From contig JAQGDQ010000165.1 in assembly GCA_030141605.1 (NCBI GenBank), forward strand, positions 186,001 to 250,000: a stretch of 64,000 nucleotides of DNA, written 5' to 3'. Within the stretch, counting starts at the first letter, position 1; every line of letters begins with the position of its first letter. Positions 12,701 through 37,168 of the stretch are shown here, one piece after another. Both the position numbers and the translations under genes were made by a program. Origin of the DNA: Tubiluchus corallicola (Eukaryota; Animalia; Priapulida). The notes under the pieces are model-generated. The model was not told where the DNA came from. It worked only from the letters and a program-made list of their open reading frames with translations, and searched no databases.

Positions 12701-14709
12701 TCTGCTAGATTTCTATGTTACACCTGTTTAACTATTTTAGGGTTGTCCCGATGCAATATATCAGATAATGTCTGACTGTTGGAATAAGGATCGAACACTG
12801 CGGCCATCTTTTGCAACAACTGTGTGCAACTTGCAAAATTTGATGCAAAAGCCGGAAAGTTTGAAGCAAGTTGCAAAATCCAGGTAATGTGAGCATTAAA
12901 AACAAAAAAAAAGATGAATTATAATGAAAGGAAAAAAGGAAAAACTCTAATTTTTTTGCATATAAAATACAGTATATATGTATATGTATATATGTATGTA
13001 TAAAATATATGTATAAAATTTTTCATTTTGACCGTGACTCATTTTATACAGCAATGAGTCTTAATTAAATTAAACATTTTCAAAGAAATGTCTGCAAAAA
13101 GTAAGATCATTGCCAATAGGTGTCTCTGCCTGATGGCTGCCGTCTTTTTAAACATAACAACAACTGAAAACTAGATTATTTTTGAACGTGATATGCTAAT
13201 TAGGTTAAAACATTAAACATTAAAGCTTCCCCGATCAGGAATATGCTGGTTTAGTTACTTTCGAAGATGATATGCTCATTGTAAAATGCTCATTAGCTTA
13301 AAATATTAAACGTTAAAGCTCGCCTTGATAATGAATGTGTTGTTCTGGTTACTTTTGAACATAATAATATTCTCATTGCTAAATGCTTATTAGGTTAAAA
13401 CATTAAACATTAAAGTTCGCACTGATAAGGCATACATTGAACATGACAATATGCTCAGTATGTTAAAACATTAAACAATAAAGCTTCCCCCATCAGGAAT
13501 ATGTTGGTTTAGTTACTTTCGAACATGATATGCTCTTTGTAAAATGCTCATTAGCTTAAAACATTAAACGTTAAAGCTGGCCCTGATAGGTAATGTGTTG
13601 TTCTGGGTACTTTTGAACATAATTCTCATTGTTAAATGCTCATCAGGTTAAAAAATTAAACCTTAAAGCTCGGTTTGATAATGAGTGTGTTGTTTTGTTT
13701 ACTTTTGAGCATAATAATATTCTCATTGTTAAATGCTCATTATGTTAAAACATTAAACGTTAAAGCTCGCCCTGATAAGGAACATATTGGTCTGGTTACT
13801 TTTGAGCATAATGTGCTCATTGTTAAATGCTCATTAGGTTAAAATATTAGACATTAAAGAACACCTTGCAAGGAACATGTTGGTTAGATCTGAAACTATG
13901 GATTAGTTGTAATGCAATTTTATAATTAAAATGAGTGTCTCCTCACAGGATTATTTGTTACACTTGCAGTTTTTTATGTGAATTGATACCTGATATTTTC
14001 TGCAGGTTTGAGGATGGTTATGATCCTCTTTCTTCTAAGTACTTCCATAATTTTAGCTCAGTGGACGAGTGGTTGGACAGCATTAAAATGGGCAGGTACA
14101 AGGAATTATTCCATGAAAATCAATTTACAACACCTGAAAACATATCCACTTTAAATGAAAAGGTATGTTGCATTTACAGCCCCATTCTCTCTCTCCTCCT
14201 CTTAATTTCTCTTTCTTCTTTCCTTTTCTATTTCCATCTTTCTATCTCTCACATTCTGTTGTTTTGCTATTGTGTTCTTTTCCCCTGTCTCTCTGTCTGT
14301 CTGTCTGACCATCCACCTGTCCATTTGCCCTTGCCAAAATCAACCATCCACTCACCTGCCTATGTGTTGATCTATCTGTTTATCTATCATCTATCCATCA
14401 TTCTTCAGGCTGTCCTTTCATTCTTCCATCCATCCATCCATCCATCAATCCATATATCCATCCATCCATCTCTCTTTCTCTCCCTTGTTTTTCTCTGGTT
14501 TTTTCTCATCCCCCTCTCTTCTTTCCCTTTTCATCCTTCATTTTCAGGCTCATTTGATTTTTAGGATTTAACATTTTCCTGTTTTGCAGGAGCTCAGCAG
14601 AATTGGAGTAACACTTCCGGGTCATCAGAAAAAGCTCATGTCAGCTGTACATCACCTCAGAGATCAGCTCAGTCAGACTGTTGGCACTGATCACAGCTTC
14701 CTCGTTTAG
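2205..14709 (+). CDS. Eph: Eph receptor tyrosine kinase, 3' part (5' exons upstream of window)
   Basis: GT-AG exons with consistent phases: 2205-2380 (end of FN3 [10 protein letters not shown] plus TM helix), 2834-2901, 7129-7266 ([10 protein letters not shown]), 7933-8112 (GEFG, VAIK), 9282-9442 (..YVHR), 10161-10274 (DLAARN, DFGLSR), 11919-12113 ([12 protein letters not shown]), 12741-12883, 14006-14163 ([17 protein letters not shown]), 14590-14709 (GHQKKL..TDHSFLV*, PDZ-type tail). Confidence 0.96.
5790..6190 (-). mobile_element. LINE (L2/Crack/Daphne-like) ORF2 3' fragment
   Basis: [39 protein letters not shown], the C-terminal CCHC region. Confidence 0.8.
6512..7072 (+). mobile_element. 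Non-autonomous hAT deletion derivative
   Basis: TIRs CTGTGGCGTAGC / GCTACGCCCCTC, 8-bp TSD TACTGTAC/TACTGTGC, internal remnant of the hAT dimerisation domain ([36 protein letters not shown]). Confidence 0.85.
7291..7840 (-). mobile_element. TTAA-flanked MITE, copy B
   Basis: Reverse-complement homolog of 787-1344, TTAA at both ends. Confidence 0.75.
8274..9070 (+). repeat. 133-bp tandem array (~4.7 units) inside a Harbinger-like MITE
   Basis: ACTCGCCAAGCAAGTAA recurs at 8324, 8457, 8590, 8723, 8856. Ends GACGCGTTCAGACCAG / CTAGTCCGAACCCGGC. Confidence 0.85.
9569..9790. repeat. (CT)n microsatellite
   Basis: Direct reading. Confidence 0.95.
10468..10840. repeat. ~30-bp minisatellite (~12 units, 60-bp higher-order period)
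   Basis: Units of CCAGATGTGTGGGTCTGTCTGAACATTTTTG. Confidence 0.9.
11071..11668. repeat. 121-bp tandem repeat (~5 units)
   Basis: TCTCTCCTGTGCTCTATTTATATC at 11071, 11192, 11313, 11434, 11555. Confidence 0.92.
12401..12570 (+). mobile_element. tRNA-derived SINE remnant
   Basis: A-box-like TAGCTTAGGTAG and B box GGTTCAAATCC at tRNA spacing, followed by a non-tRNA body. Confidence 0.6.
13180..13890. repeat. Degenerate ~75-80-bp tandem repeat (~9 units)
   Basis: Recurring ATGCTCATTAGGTTAAAACATTAAACGTTAAAGCT..GTTACTTTTGAACAT. Confidence 0.85.
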
Positions 14710-15014
14710 CTCAAAAGTTGAAACTATTACAACTTCAAGTGGGATCAATAATCTATTAAATTGGGATCAAAAGACTGAATATTATTTATTAAAATACTTT
14801 CATGACCAGGTTGTCCTTGCATTCATAGAATATGAAGTGTGCTAAATTATTAATTTACTGTTAATCTAAAACAGGTTGGAATATGTTGCTAAAATAACAG
14901 ACTCTGATATTATTGCTGCCTTTGAGAATATGAACAATAAACATAACAGAGAAAGGCAAAGATTCCAATAGGAAAATACTGAAAGGAGTAGTATACGGAG
15001 ATCTTATAGTGTAA

Positions 15015-15315
15015 CGGCGTGTTTAGATCAGAGTTTTTTGTCGTCAGTTCTCTCTCTGACAGCATACTCGCTTGTGTGAACTGCTTTGCAAGTTACTGTC
15101 AGCAGTTGCAAACTTTCTGACAGCTGCTGTGAGTTACTGTCTAGTGTAGATGCCTCGGAGAGTTACCCTTCTTACAGTGAATAGAGAATTGAGGGTGAGC
15201 TCACTTACTTACTGTTGGAGAGTAACTTGCAGCAAGTTTTGCTCTTTAGTCTAACCACGCTTACGAGTTACTTGTCAAGTGCTTGGTGAGAAAACTGGCT
15301 AGTCTGAATGTGTCG
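15015..15315 (-). mobile_element. PIF/Harbinger-like MITE downstream of the Eph stop codon (single-unit relative of 8274-9070)
   Basis: TAA on both sides, imperfect TIRs CGGCGTGTTTAGA / TCTGAATGTGTCG, shares the TTCTCTATTCACT and AAAACTTGCTGC motifs. Confidence 0.65.
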
Positions 15316-15753
15316 TAAGTGATAACCATTTCAGCATTCTATTTAATTTGAAAGTTCTTGAGATTGATTTCTGGATTATCATAAATTAAACCTTTTCTCT
15401 GCTCAATGATACATCTTGCAGAAGGCAAAATATGTAAACTTTTTACATGCATTTAAAATGATAAATATATAAGATGCAGTTATTCAGACTTGTAACTGCG
15501 AAATTTCTGTATCTGAAAATTAGAATTAAACTTTGTCATAATTATGTCAAATGCAAACAAAATAACTTTTGTAATAAGTTCATAGCTAGTGAATGATAAC
15601 TGTACATATATTCAACAACATAGGCCTGCATTAATTTTTAGGGCAGTCAATGTTTGTATATTTGTAGATAATTGATATATAAAGTAAGTTATGAAATGAG
15701 GAGACGTTTAATGTGGCTTTGGGGAAAGAATGTTAAAAAAAACTTTGTACATA

Positions 15754-16115
15754 AGCTTTTTCACAGTTTTGTTGACACATGCACACATGCAGTTGCTGTA
15801 GGTCAAAAGTTAAGTGTACCACGCAAAGTATCTTAACTACAATTGTCACGTGGGTAAAGCAAGGCCATCTGCCGCAATCACTTCAATAGTTTTATTTAGG
15901 ATTTAGTTATTTATGCATTAATCTGTGTGCAAAGGATTTTGCTTGGGAACAATAAAAAATGAACTAGGTAAAGTTCTAGCTAGTTGTTAAAACTGCTACT
16001 AGTATTGCAGCATGTGCTGCGAGGTGTTGTCACGTGTACACAAATGCGTTGTCTGGAACACTTAACCTTTGACCTTTTCACGATCAGCGTCATTCGATGG
16101 AGCTGTGAAAAGGCT
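15754..16115 (+). mobile_element. ~360-bp MITE with AGCYTTTTCACAG TIRs, copy 1
   Basis: TIRs at both ends; homologs at 47083-47431 and 52815-53185. Confidence 0.75.
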
Positions 16116-16429
16116 TATTGTTGTGTCTTCATGTCACGTTTCATTTTGATGTGTTTGTTTTCGTGAACATTTTCAATGCTTCTCATTTATCACGATGTTA
16201 ACATAAATATGTTTGTACAAATTTGTGTTTGCCAATTACAGTAGTTTTCTGTGTAATTATATCCTTTGCAACTTTAACTGAAAAGGTGTCAATAAAATCT
16301 GTAAATTAGTGAATATGAGATACACACAAATAGTAACATGTGAATATAATATTTGTTGAAAATAAGATACTGCTCTTCTGAGATTTGTCACAGTCGTAAA
16401 AGAAGTCAAAATGCCCATAAATCTCAAAA

Positions 16430-18300
16430 ATTATTTATTTTACTCAGGAACTTTCATCCCTTATGGATTTCATCAGCTGCACAGAAAGATACAATAAAAA
16501 AAATTACAGATAAAACTATATAAATAAAGGTGTAGAGTGCCAGTAAAATAAAGTGTACAAAAATTAAAAGACACAGTAAAATTACTAATAAAGAACACAA
16601 AATCTCAGTTAAACTGACAAATTTATCTGACATCCATTAGACAGCTAAGGTCTTGAAAGATAATCAAATGCGTGCCTATTGATTTAGTATCATGTAGAGT
16701 AAGTAACTACTTGTGGTACAGTCAGAAACAGATGGCTAGAGATTCTGTGGTGCATTAGTTGAACAAATGTTGACTAAAACTGATCTGAGATAAAAAAGTC
16801 AAAATTAAAAAAAGAAAAATATATGGATTGAAGCCAATAAATACCCGAGGTCTAATTTTTAGATTCAAAATTTAGTTGAAAATTTGCCAATCCTTATCAA
16901 TATTGATCACGTTTGTATATCTTAATCAGCTCTGCTTCATCCAATAATCGTTCTACATGATTTTTAGCTCTAAAAAAATAGACGCATTAAAAGGGGCTGA
17001 CGGCAATGTGTCATGGTTTTTATAATGTTCTCCCCAGGAGGAAGCAGCAGTTTGATTTTACAGTTTCGTATGTGCTCCATGAGACGATCTCTAACAAGTC
17101 GTTTGGTTTGCCCGACGTATTGTAGAATTCCTGGCAGATAAAACAGTGTAGTTTGTAAACAACGTTTTTTGTAGTGCAACGCCCATCCAGTCCTGAAAGA
17201 CAAACTATGCAAAGGGCACGTTTGCCTGCAGCACATGGAGTACATTGTAAAGCAGACCTTACAAAGTTTGTTTTTAAAGTATTGTTGTTTCGAAAAGTAA
17301 CTCTTACGTTCAGCTGGTGGTTTTTCACAATTTTGCGAATTTTAGCTGAAGTCGAGTCATTCACAAATGGAAGAACCAGAGTATCATCAAGCGTAAGTTG
17401 GAATGGTTTTTTTGATACAATTTTTCTGTGCATGTTTATTTCCAAAATGCCATCAATACAAGATTGCTACATATTTCACAAAGAAACTGTTACTACAGCA
17501 AAAAAATTTAAAGTCACCAGATATTGATACATCGGCTCGGGCCAAGAAGGTAGACTTGTACAGGGCTGAGCAGTGAGGCAAAATGGAAGGAAAAGATGCA
17601 AAGGCGCAAGATAAAAAAAGAAAAAAAATGAAACACAAGGGTGGTAGTAAGGGTAAGGAAATAACAATGAAAAGTGAATGAGATGATGGTGAAAATGAAG
17701 ATTAGATTCACAGGAGAATGCAAACAGAAACAGATCAATCAGCTGAATCATTGCAAAAATCAGTATGGTGTCATTCCAGGGACAATAACCTTAATACTTC
17801 TTCTGTACTTCTGTCTTGCACTAGTCTTATCTTTCTACAGACTTAATAAATTTGCAAGGGTACTGATTTTTTGCAGCATAGATTTAATCCTTCTGGTCCC
17901 CCTGGAGATGCCATGTGTTAGCAAGGCTCCTGGCCCTATTTAGCTGGCTCTGCACTAAATCCCTTTTTGTTTCGATGGGATGAGCCAAATAAAAATTCAA
18001 AAATACTCCAAAGTTCACATTCAATTTTGCTCGAATGGTTAACTGACAGTCAACTACAAAAAATTTAGAAATCCAAAATCAACACTGGTTTCAGCTGTGA
18101 ATTTTATTGAATGATGAAATAAGTTGATATGAGTGAGAAACAGCCAAAAGAATCCAGATTATTGTGTCATATGCCAAAAATGTCATCAGTATAGCGGTTC
18201 CTGAAAATAGGTCTATACTGACATGTATGAAGAATGAGAGTTATTTTAAGAAATTAATGCAGGAGTAACTTACACCCTAGCAACAAAGGTGAATAAGTTT
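16430..18300 (-). mobile_element. Decayed Penelope-like retroelement (RT remnant, linker, C-terminal GIY-YIG)
   Basis: Minus strand reads RYTDDIFGI* (~18165-18198, RT motif C), LVLPFVNDSTSAKIRKIV linker, CTTKNVVYKLHCFIC then frameshift to YVGQTKRLVRDRLMEH, and ERLLDEAELIK. Stops and frameshifts present. Confidence 0.85.
16441..16483 (-). ncRNA. Minimal type I hammerhead ribozyme motif
   Basis: Minus strand: UGUGCAG-CUGAUGA-A-AUCC-AUAAG-GGAU-GAAA-GUUC-CUGAGUA. Core boxes, 4-bp stem II, minimal stem III, CAG/CUG stem I. Lies downstream of the Penelope endonuclease. Confidence 0.7.
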
Positions 18301-18514
18301 ATTACTAATTGTGTTCTGAGGTAGGTTCTTAGGCTTGGTCAATAAGCGAGAATAAACTATTACAAGCCATATTCACCCATGCACTGTACATTATAATGGT
18401 CACCCGATAGTTGCATTATATGTGGGACCACAATCAATTCCAAAACACCGATGCTGCTTCTGTGGCAATTTTCAAGTAGACCTATGGTCCTACCTACTAA
18501 CCTACTAACGAAGA

Positions 18515-19072
18515 CAGCTCGTACAGGTACTGTGGAACTGCAGCACCCCCTTTTTTTCACTCAATATTATCTATAATATTCAATATAATCAGTATTTTTC
18601 CTGTAGTTCTTTCTTTGTACTTGTATGGAACCAGAGCACACGAGGTTAGTACTGTTTGCTTCACAGCCCAGCACAGTGGTGTACTTGGCTGTTGTGCCCA
18701 TGCCCACATGTTTGAGATTACACCATGTACATTGCACTGCTAATGTCTGCTGCTAGGTAGAGAAAGTACTGTCACTCACACAGTTTGTTGTCAGTTGCCA
18801 CATGCTTAAAAACTGTGTACCAGTCTATTCTTGAAATATGCCAATTTAATTAGGCTACTTGTAAGCAAAAAATTTTTCGTTTAGGATTTTATCAAGTTTA
18901 TGTAAAAATTTTCAGTTTGTCTGTTCTAAATTACAAATTACAATATTAAAATTGCACTTGTTTTGTTTTACAGCATTAAACAATGGCTAAATATTTTCTG
19001 AAGCAGCACCCCAGTAATTTTAATTACGAGGCCTTACCTGGGTTTTTATACAATTTGACATTCTACGAGCTG
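18515..19072. mobile_element. MITE with CAGCTCGTA TIRs (also ~29547-30112 and ~59585-59978)
   Basis: CAGCTCGTA..TACGAGCTG ends; body homologous to the ~59585-59978 segment. Confidence 0.6.
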
Positions 19073-19277
19073 GGATGAAGCATTTGCAAGTTATTATTGT
19101 GCAAAAACATTAATTTTACTAAATTTATGGATCTTTAACATTACATACAGGCAGGCAAAATCGTGGCAGAAGATCAAATATATCTAAATAAGGCATTTTT
19201 TGATAACTTTTTCACTGCAATGCTCATTTCCAATCTTTCGATTGGAAGAACTATTAATATGTGGATCCAGTTCGACT

Positions 19278-25539
<6,262 letters not shown>

Positions 25540-25840
25540 ACTGAATAGTTTTACTTTCTACCCTCTCCGAGATAAACCTGCCTGTATGTAAAAACACTAG
25601 CAATAATACATTAATTCGTACCCAAAAAATGAATTCGTCAAAAGCTGCTATCTCTTATTTTACTATCTCCCGATTCGCACACTCCTTGATAAACATTTTC
25701 ACCTGTTAGCTTTTCTGGATCCTGCATAATTCAATATAGGTGCACGGGAGAAAATTTCACAAGAGGCATAAAGAACTTGCCCTGAAATGTTGCCTTAGTT
25801 TGAGGGCATTCACCTCTGGCAACCCATAGCAATTGCAATA

Positions 25841-26548
25841 GTAACAGCGTGGCATAGGTAAGCAGTGCCTATAATAAAAACATTAAATTAAACTAACTGA
25901 TGACAATAATTACACTATACTTTACCGACGATGTAAACACACTTGCATGAACGGAAGTTTTCATGAGAAGGACCTGGATATGAAAACAACTACTGCAACA
26001 TCCAATCAAGAGCCTGCCGAGGTGAGCGCGTGATTCAGTATATTGCCTATTAAGATCTATGCACGTGATCTGCCAGTGCAATAAACCAATCAGCAGTGTG
26101 TAGGCGGGTTATGTTACCTGTCCAGAGTAGTATTTAAGGAGGACAGATCCAGAGGCAAGGCACATTCGCTGCGACAAGGTCTGCTACCACAATGTCTGAT
26201 AACAAACTCTGCTAATACAAGAGTTGCTAACAAACTCTGTTAACACAAGAGTTGCTAACAAACTCTACTAACACAAAAGTTGCTAACAAGGTCTGTTATC
26301 TCAAGAGCTGCTAATTATAAGCCCTGAATCATAATAAAGCAAGCTAATTAACTATAATAATAATTCAATGTTGCAAAACTGCCTATCAAAGCCAACATTT
26401 CTTCAATGTCAGTTTTTCTGCTATTAACTTCAAGGATTAATTTGTGCCGAAGTGTGCCTTAGGCTTAACAGTCAAATGAACCCAAGCCATCGGTGCAAAA
26501 TACCATCATCTGCACAATTTCTGTTACATAAACCCCTAGCCACGTTAC
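25841..26548 (+). mobile_element. Probable solo LTR, present only in duplication unit 1
   Basis: Absent at the equivalent site ~37470. AATA duplicated on both sides. Ends GTAAC(AGC)GTGGC..GCCACGTTAC. Two CCAATCA boxes, TATTTAA (26131) and AATAAA (26333) in LTR order. Confidence 0.7.
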
Positions 26549-27759
26549 AATAATATATAAATGCAAGAAGTTCGAATTATAAAACATTTACTAAAAAGCA
26601 TTAGTCTAACAAGACACAAACCAAAAGTTTGCATTTTCACTAAAAACAACATGCAAAAACTTTTACGATACCTTTTCTAACGTTTCAAAAATTCAAAAGA
26701 AATAATAGCGACGGTCTATGTTTTTCTTCTGCACCACATTGGATGATAACTATGCCAACACACTGAAGAGCATGAAAAGCAATTCATCGCTCGGCAAAAA
26801 CTACAGCTTATTAAAGACCAACGTAGCAATTTGTGTTTATCGCTGTGCCCTATATATTTTAATTATCAAAAGCAACGAAATTTGCTAATTTTGAGCAAAA
26901 ATCCTAAGAAACACACATAACTTACCTCGTATTCAATCATTAACCAACGCTCTTCATGACGGTAGTGACCAGTTCTGCAATACTTGGCATGGATAATTTT
27001 AAAACAAGGTTAACCCGCAGAATCCATCAGTGCATACAGTCCTTCATAATTATAAACACGTACAGTTTGTAAGCAACCACTTTGTCTCGCTAATGCTCGT
27101 TTACCTTTAAAAACCTGTAAACTTCGGCAGCGCCGTACGCTGCTTTGTCCGTTAATTTTTGCGTCTACAGTGGCTACTTATAACACCAGAAAAAGAGAAA
27201 CGATTAGTTACTACTACTCCGCAAATACTCCCAGTTTTGGACATTTTGGAGGGCTTTAGTCTTTTAAGAGCAAAACAAGCCTCATAACATGTGTACTGGT
27301 CTAACGCAAGCTTGAAGGCTACCATCACGTGGTTGACAAAATGGTCAAACTGCGAATGACAGGCATAGAAAGGGGAAGTTTAAATGACTGAAATGTTTTC
27401 AGGAATTACGACATTAAAATACCATAGATAAAAATGTCAGTAGTTGACACAACGTTTTCGGTTTTTGCTAACTCCATATTCACGCGTAAGTGACACTGAT
27501 ATTATCAAATGACCATTGAAGGCTACCAATTTGGGGTGTACTTTAAAATTTCTTTTTCTTCCCCTTTAACAAAACCTCCAGAAACTGCAATTACGAAGCA
27601 AAAAAGCTAAGACAATCTAAAGAAGACAAAAGTGACACATGGATCAATAGATTCAATGGATCTATAAATATGTGTTCTTAAATTATGTATGTATATTGTA
27701 CAAGTGATATTATATTAAAGAAAAGATCAAGTCTTCTAGGCAGCTAGACATGTTATCTA

Positions 27760-29340
27760 CTTGTGGTACAGTCAGAAACAGATGACTAGAGATAATGTGG
27801 TGCATTAGTTGAACAAATGTTGACTAAAACTGATCTGAGATATAAAAAAGTTAAAATTAAAAAAATTAAGAAAAGAAAAATATATGGATTGAAACCAATG
27901 AATATCCATGGTCTAATTTTTAGATTCAAAATTTAATTGAAAATTTGCCAACCCTTATCAGGTCTGCTTCATCGAATAATCCTTCTTTAGCTCTAAAAAA
28001 TAGATGCATTAAACGGGGGTGATGGCAAAGTGTCATGGTTTTTATAATGTTCTCCCCAGGGGGAAGCAGCAGTGCGATTTTACAGTTTCGTATGTGCTCC
28101 ATGAGACGATTTCTAACAAGTCGTTTGGTTTGCCCGATGTATTGTACAATTCCTGACAGATAGAACAGTGTAGTTTATAAACAACGTTTTTTTGTAGTGC
28201 AACGCCCATCCAGTCCTGAAAGACAAACTATGCAAAGGGCACGTTTGCCTGCAGCACATGGAGTACATTGTAAAGCAGACCTTACAAAGTTTGTTTTTAA
28301 AATTTGTTGTTTCGAAAAGTAACTCTTACGTTCAGCTGTTGGTTTTTCACAATTTTGCGAATTTTAGCTGAAGTCGAGTCATTCACAAATGGAAGAACCA
28401 GAGTATCATCAAGCTTAAGTTGGAATGGTTTTTTGATACAATATTTCTGTTTATGTTTATTTGTTTATGTTTATTTTCAAAATGCCATCAATACAAGATT
28501 GTTACATATTTCACAAAGAAACTGTAACTACAGCAAAAAAATTTAAAGTCACCAGATATTGATACATCAGGCCAAGAAGGTAGACTTGTACAGGGCTGAG
28601 CATCAAGGCTGAGCATCAAGGCAAAATGGAAGGAAAAGATGCAAAGGCGCAAGATAAAAAAAGCAAAAAAATGAAACACAAGGGTGGTAGTAAGGGTAAG
28701 GAAATAACAATGAAAAGTGAATGAGATGATGGTGAAAATGAAGATTAGATTCACAGGAGAATGCAAACAGAGACAGATCAATCAGCTGAATCACTGCAAA
28801 AATCAGTATGGTGACAATAACCTTAATACTTCTTTTATACTTGTCTAGCACTAGTCTTATCTTTCTATAGACTTAATAAATTTGCAAGGGTACTGATTTT
28901 TTGCAGCATAGATTTAATCTTACTGGTCCCCCTGGAGATGCCATGTGTTAGCAAGGCTTCTGGCCATATTTAGCTGGTACTGCACTAAATCCCTTTTTGT
29001 CTGGATGGGATGAACCAAATAGAAATTCAAAAATACTCCAAAGTTAACGTTCAATTTTACTCGAATGGTTAACTGACGGATTCAAGTCCAAAAAAATTAG
29101 AAATTCAAAATCAACACTGGTTTCAGCTGTGAATTTTATTGACTGATGAAATAAGTTGATATGAGTGAGAAACAGCCAAAAGAATCCAGATTATTGTGTC
29201 ATATGCCAAAAATGTCATCAGTATAGCGGTTCCTGAAAATAGGTCTATGCTGACATGAATGAAGAATCAGAGTTATTTTAAGAAATTAATGCAGGAGTAA
29301 ATTACACCCTAGCAACAGAGGTGAATAAGTTTATTACTAA
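27760..29340 (-). mobile_element. Duplicate of the decayed Penelope-like element (lacks the 3' hammerhead end)
   Basis: Colinear with 16710-18300, with the same GIY-YIG and RYTDD remnants. Confidence 0.8.
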
Positions 29341-30319
29341 TTGTGTTCTGAGGTAGGTCCTTAGGCTTGGTCAATAAGCAAGAACAAACTACTACAAGCC
29401 ATATTCACCCGTGCACTGTACATTATAATGATCACCTGATAGTTGCATTATATGTGGGACCACAATCAATTCCAAAACACCGATTCTGCTTCTGTTGCAA
29501 TTTTCAAGTAGACCTATGGTCCTACCTACTAACCTACTAATGAAGACAGCTCGTATAGGTACTGTGGAACTGCAGCACCCCATATTTTCACTCAATATTA
29601 TCGATAATATTCAATATGATAAGTATTTTCTCTCTAGTTTTTTCTTTGTACTTGTATGGAACCAGAGCACATGAGGGTGGTACTGTTTGCTTCACAGCCC
29701 AGCACAGTGGTGTGTTTGGCTGTTTTGCGCAAGCAGCCATGCCTACATGTTTGGGATTACACTCTGTACATTGCACTGCTAGTGTCTGCTGCTAGGTAGA
29801 GAAAGTACTGTCACTCACACAGTTTGTTGTCAGTTGTCACATGCGTAAAAACTGTGTACCAGTCTATTCTTGAAATACGGCAATTTAATTAGGCTACTCG
29901 TTACCAAATTTTTTTTAGTTTAGGATCTTATCAAGTTTATGTAAAAATTTTCGGTTTGTCTGTTTTAAATTACAAATTACAATATTAAAATTGCACTTGT
30001 TTTGTTTTACACAGCATTAAACAATGGCTAAATATTTTCTGAAGCAGCACCCCAGTAATTTTAATTACGAGGCCTTACCTGGGTTTTTATACAATTTGAC
30101 ATTCTACGAGCTGGGATGAAGCACTTTGCAAGTTATTATTGTGCAAAAACATTAATTTTACTAAATTTATGGATCTTTAACACTACATACAGGCAGGCAA
30201 AATCGTGGCAGAAGATCAAATATATCTAAATAAGTCATTTTTTCATAACTTTTTCACTACAATGCTCATTTTCAATCTTTTGATTAGAAGAACTATTAAT
30301 ATGTGGATCCAGTTCGATT

Positions 30320-37168
<6,849 letters not shown>

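Noticed and set aside
16970-18300. Selenoprotein-encoding Naiad-type Penelope element (in-frame TGA)
   Set aside because: The endonuclease is C-terminal to the RT, the TGA replaces a Trp position, and frameshifts show ordinary decay.
26762-26800. CTGAAGA followed by a hairpin, resembling a hammerhead
   Set aside because: No GAAA after the stem, and the pairing is weakened in copy 2.
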